DNA of 64,000 nucleotides from Rozella allomycis CSF55 (Eukaryota): NCBI GenBank assembly GCA_000442015.1, contig KE561200.1, positions 1 to 64,000 of the forward strand, read 5' to 3'. Shown piece by piece: positions 59,397 to 64,000 of this stretch (position 1 is its first letter; each line of letters starts with the position of its first letter). The notes under the pieces were generated by a model. It saw only the letters and a program-made list of their open reading frames with translations, ran no database searches and was not told where the DNA came from. The position numbers and the translations under genes were made by a program.

Positions 59397-62300
59397 TTAT
59401 TTGTTGTTATAATCAATATACCCTTGTACCAATGATAATATTCTTGTCGCCTATAAAAATACTTAAAGTTCATCATTACCTTATCAGTTTGAAACATGAT
59501 TTTGGAGTTTTGTTGAACGATGATAATATAAGTAGTGGAAGGGATAATCTCTACTATTTCAGAATATAGAACAGATTTAAATGGTTCCTATAAAATGGTA
59601 AAATTGTATTTTTACCTTTTGCCAGTTAATAAAATAATGCAACCCGGTTACTGATACTCCAAGATTAATTTCCCTATCAATATCATTGAAAGAATTTTGT
59701 TTGACAGGAAAGAAGCAAGTGCCATGAAAAGGCCATTGTCTGATAATTTTCAAGTATTCCTTTCTAGCGTCAGCAGAGCAAGTTCCTTTTAGAGATGAGT
59801 GTGCCGTCTCAACTTTTTTATGAATGTCTTTGTATTCTTGTAGAAAATTAAGAGGAAAGAGAGATCGTAATGGTGCATCATAAGATTTTAGTCTGCTGAA
59901 ATTCTGATCACCAAAAGAATTTTGAATTGAGAGACCAGCAAGATTTATTGCTTCATCTTCAGTTAGAGGATGTTGGCCATTAAATACATCTTTTTCAGCC
60001 TATTCAAGATTAACGTTTTAAGTACCTGGATGAATGTTAAATGCTCTTCATAGTCAGAACCACTTGGAAGCAGTGGTTGGAAGAAATAAATCTTTTTGAG
60101 AATTAGTTTATATTCAAATGACTTTTTCTCAAATTCATAAAACAAATCGCCCATTAATGACCCTGGCTCCAACAAATTGTCCAGGGGATCGAACAAACCG
60201 AATTCAGTTGCAGACTTTATTCCAATCTTTTCGCAAAGACATTCTAATATATCAGAAATTGTAGAAATCGGAGAAAATGTGAGAGACCTCTTTTGACCAT
60301 CGCCTGAATGAATAGTGCAAACGGCTGGTTTGTGATTCAAGAGGGAAAAGATTTCTTTTTCAGAAGGCGGATTCAACCTTTTTATTTTAGATAAAAACAG
60401 TTGGTTTAATAATGTTAAAATAAAAGTTGATGTTGGTGTATTTGTACTTTTAACGTTTAGAATTGAATGCTTACAATTTAAGATGAGATCTCAAGTAATC
60501 TAAAATGATTGGCGAATTGGGATACACAATGGCAGAGCAAATTAATAAAATATTCCAGATTGCTGGTGCAATTGTCCTACTGAAAGAGTTTAGAAGAGAT
60601 GTACTTTTCAGAAGAGGGAATCTTTGTCGTTTGTTTTATTAATTGAAGAAAAGTTTCATCTTTGTAATTTTCGTTTTTAATCATTTCAATCAAGAGAGAT
60701 TGAAGCAATTCATTTGATGAAATTTGTTCTGTTTAATCAAATTAAGAAATTTACTTTTATTATTTTTTGATTTTCCAGTTGAATAAATTTGAATTAAATT
60801 TTGAATATTTTTGGCTTCATTTTCCATTTCATCTTTATTTGAAATTGAATTTATTAATCTATTTTTAGAAAATGACCAATCTTGGTCTGAATAAACTTGT
60901 TTAATCAAATTCTTATCAAAAACATTTCCTAATCACAAAAATAGAAAAACAAAAACCTTTAATCATTTGAATTGATTTTAACAATTCATAATCTTTTGAT
61001 TTAAACAAACTTTTATTCTCCATTTTATACAATGTATCAGGCCCTGGTATTCTCACTGTAAAAGATTGAATCAAACTTTCTCTAATCAAATCTAAATTCT
61101 TTATTTCAAATTCTAAATTTAATGAATTCTTCTTTCTTGGTTGTTTCTTACAAAATTCATTCAAAAATCCATGAAATTCTTTTGATATTTCATTAATAGA
61201 TTGAGAAAAATCAGAAATAGATTCAGTTTCTAAAAATAGAAAATGAAATTCCAAAATATCATTTTCACTTTTCTTTACTGAAATATCAATTTGTTCTAAA
61301 TTCAATTCCCAATCAATTATTTGATTCACATTAAATGTGGCCAGAATATTCTAAATAACCATACACTGAGAAAAGAACCTTTTTTAAAATGATTAATGAA
61401 GATGGACTGATGGCCAAAGTTACGTTTTCAGGGAAACTCCAAGGTCCGTTGTGTTTCACTTTGTAAAAGAAGCAACCAATGATTATCAAACAAATAATTT
61501 ACCAAAAGTTGGAATTCTTTTCATTGTCTCCAAAAATAGAACCTTTTAGAATCCACAAGAAGAATTTACTTTGCATTGAATTGAAGTTTTTCCCGCCAAT
61601 TTTGAATGAGACTCGACCAAGCCATTCAACCAAGCTTCATGTGATTGTCTTTCAATTAAATAAAATGGAATAAATTCCTTCAAATCACTATAATAACAAC
61701 ATGATCAAATTACTATCTTGCCTTTAGTAATGTCTTGTTGTCTTTAGCATTATGAATTAAATCTCCAAATGTTATTTGAGCCTTCAACCCTCCAAGCTGA
61801 AGAGACAATTTCTCATTAATCAACATTTCATCAAACAAATAACTCTTCATTGTTTGATAATAAAGCAAATTATATTCTGCAGATTCACATTCCTGGTCTG
61901 CCAATATAACTCTCTTTTTCAATTCGAAATCTAAAATCTTGTCACATTTATTAAAAACATCCCAAACATATTCTGATCCTTTCACAAAAACACCCTGGCA
62001 AACCAAACCCCATCCATTGACATTCCTTATAGTTAGTTTATGTAGAATCTGTTCAAGTAAATCAGAAACTGTTGTCAATGAACCAACAGCATATTTTTGT
62101 GATGATGCGTCCATTGTTTTAATGCAAACAAGAGTTCTTTCATTCTTTATTATTTGTGAAATTTCCAATTCATTTAGAATAAACTTTCTGTTGCCTTTGC
62201 CAGTCAATTCTTTAAAATATTCTTCAACTGTATTATTTTTACGTTCAATTAGAAATGATAAAACATATTTATTCATATTCTATTGATATATAATAAAATT

Positions 62301-64000
62301 GTTACTTTTGGCGGCAAGATGCAATTACACATGCTTGAAAGTATATCCCACAAATGTAGTTCGTAATTGTTAGATTTATCTATAGGTGTATTATTCAATT
62401 GCTTAATTAATTGAAAATAAACTTCTTCAGACAAATCTGGATTTTCATGAATCAATTGCAAGAGCTTATTTATAGAAATCAAATAATCATCGACATTTTT
62501 AGTTTCACAAATTTTATTTATTAATTTAAATGTTTCAATAGCCAAATTCTTTATTTTAGAACATGAAATTGTTAAACTGTTATCAATAGACTTTGAATAC
62601 GTTAAAATAGATTGAATGGCTTTTATTTTAGCATCCATGTCGTATTCATTCACGCCTTGAATCAAAAGAGATTTTTCAGCGTATAAATAGATTGGATAAT
62701 TTTCTACAAATTCTTTGTTTTTAATTTCTCTCTTTTCAATTTCATCTTGAGTTTGCTGTTGAACAGAAGAATTATTTAAATGAAGGCCTTTAATTTGTGC
62801 TTCCTGTTGAGCATTGGAAATAATATTTGGTTGCAATTCAATTTCAGCCTCAATGGCCTCTTTAAATATTTTTGGCTCTGATGAAATTTCAGTTAATTTA
62901 ACATCAACAGATTGTTTATCTTCTTCTTGATGTTTTTGTTTTTGTTCATCAACCACAAAGTCATCCAGAAATGAGAAAATATTGGCCACCTCATTAACCA
63001 AATTGGATTCCATTTTAATTGAATCATTTTGAAAAAGTTCAGGCAACTCATCAATATCATTTCTAAATTGTGTATCATTTGCGGTATTTGTCACGTCAAT
63101 GTTTGAATATTGCTTCCTAATCGCATTGGTCAACTTGAATTGCTGTAATTTATCCATTTTACCGCTTTTATATGCTTTTCTTCCGACGCAACTAAATTGT
63201 TTTCGTTGATTGGCTCATTTTGTTTCCTATTTGGAAATCCTAGTCGAACCCTTGTATAGTGACCCCGGTAAACTTGCTATGAATAAAATTATCTTTTTAC
63301 TTGACTGAATTTTAACAATTGCTTTCTTTTTTATTAAAAATCCTCTATAGCCCAAAAACTTGAGACATTCTAAAACAATGTCATGAAGCTACGCTTACCA
63401 TTTTGAAGGCTACGCATTGCAGAAATCGCTTTACTTCTTTGTCTTACTTTGAGAACAGTTCTAACCCATCCACCAATTCTACTTGAAGCTTCATTCTCAA
63501 TTTCATTTGATACTTGTTCCAATCTAAGATACTTTATAATCGTAAGTGAATTTAACTACACATTCAGTTTTTAGAAATATCTTTGTCTTTCCAATTGCCA
63601 ACTTTTCAGGCAATTTGAATTTAAAANTTAATTCTTGAAAATCGTTGGTGTTTGATTGAATAAACAAGGGATGATATCATTTTAGATTTAATGTATTTTG
63701 ATTACCTTGAACGAAATTCAGCAACAGTGAAACGATAGGGATATCCCAATTTTCTTATTTGAATTGTTTCCATCATCCCAGAGTATCTCATTTGATCTTT
63801 TGAATATTTGGACTTTATTTTACCAATAACCATCTCTGGATTAAATTCGAATGCTTTCTTTTCACTATTTGGCTTAATGCAGCGAATGTAGTGAGGAGTT
63901 GTTGACTTTAAGATATCAACAAGAGAATAAAGCTGAGACTTGAAACTGGACCCACAGCTAGACTTTTTACTTGAAACATTTAAACTTTCATTTAAGCTTT
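59397..64000 (-). CDS. Unconventional myosin with two MyTH4-FERM tails (class XXII/VII-like), 3' part
   Basis: PHYIRCIKPN, RYSGMMETIQIRKLGYPIR, GKTKIFLK, IQ-like region, MyTH4 EVYFQLIKQ and DETFLQLIKQT, FERM segments, ending LVQGYID. Confidence 0.9.

Noticed and set aside
1..64000. Prokaryotic operons, CRISPR arrays, rRNA or tRNA genes
   Set aside because: None recognised; the sequence is intron-containing eukaryotic DNA throughout.

Overview
Eukaryotic, AT-rich, extremely gene-dense fungal-type DNA with about 35 genes, many tiny GT-AG introns (about 26-35 nt) and single-N assembly joins. The gene content (C2CD3-like centriolar protein, MyTH4-FERM myosin, Tctex1, soluble CHCHD4-type Mia40) and the compaction suggest an early-diverging zoosporic fungus such as Rozella/Cryptomycota; this is an inference. 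Most genes are housekeeping (PRP16, SEC31, JJJ1, exportin-5, carnitine acetyltransferase, OST2, CLASP, MIA40, VTI1, RAD17, P5B ATPase, RED, GLY1, WIP, KGD2, PP5, ACADSB, XPR1, SPT4, IAH1, TRM82). The main standout is an intronless, signal-peptide-bearing VIP2/iota-toxin-like R-S-E ADP-ribosyltransferase (5974-7221), a candidate secreted toxin or effector. Others are a self-sufficient P450-reductase fusion that looks closer to bacterial CYP102 than to fungal CYP505, a tandem Mia40 paralog lacking the CPC motif, an F-box+LamG gene next to a mosaic of pseudogene fragments, a pair of orphan 7TM paralogs and a decayed RLE-type non-LTR retrotransposon. Family assignments come from motif recognition by eye, not database searches, and boundaries of intron-containing genes are approximate.
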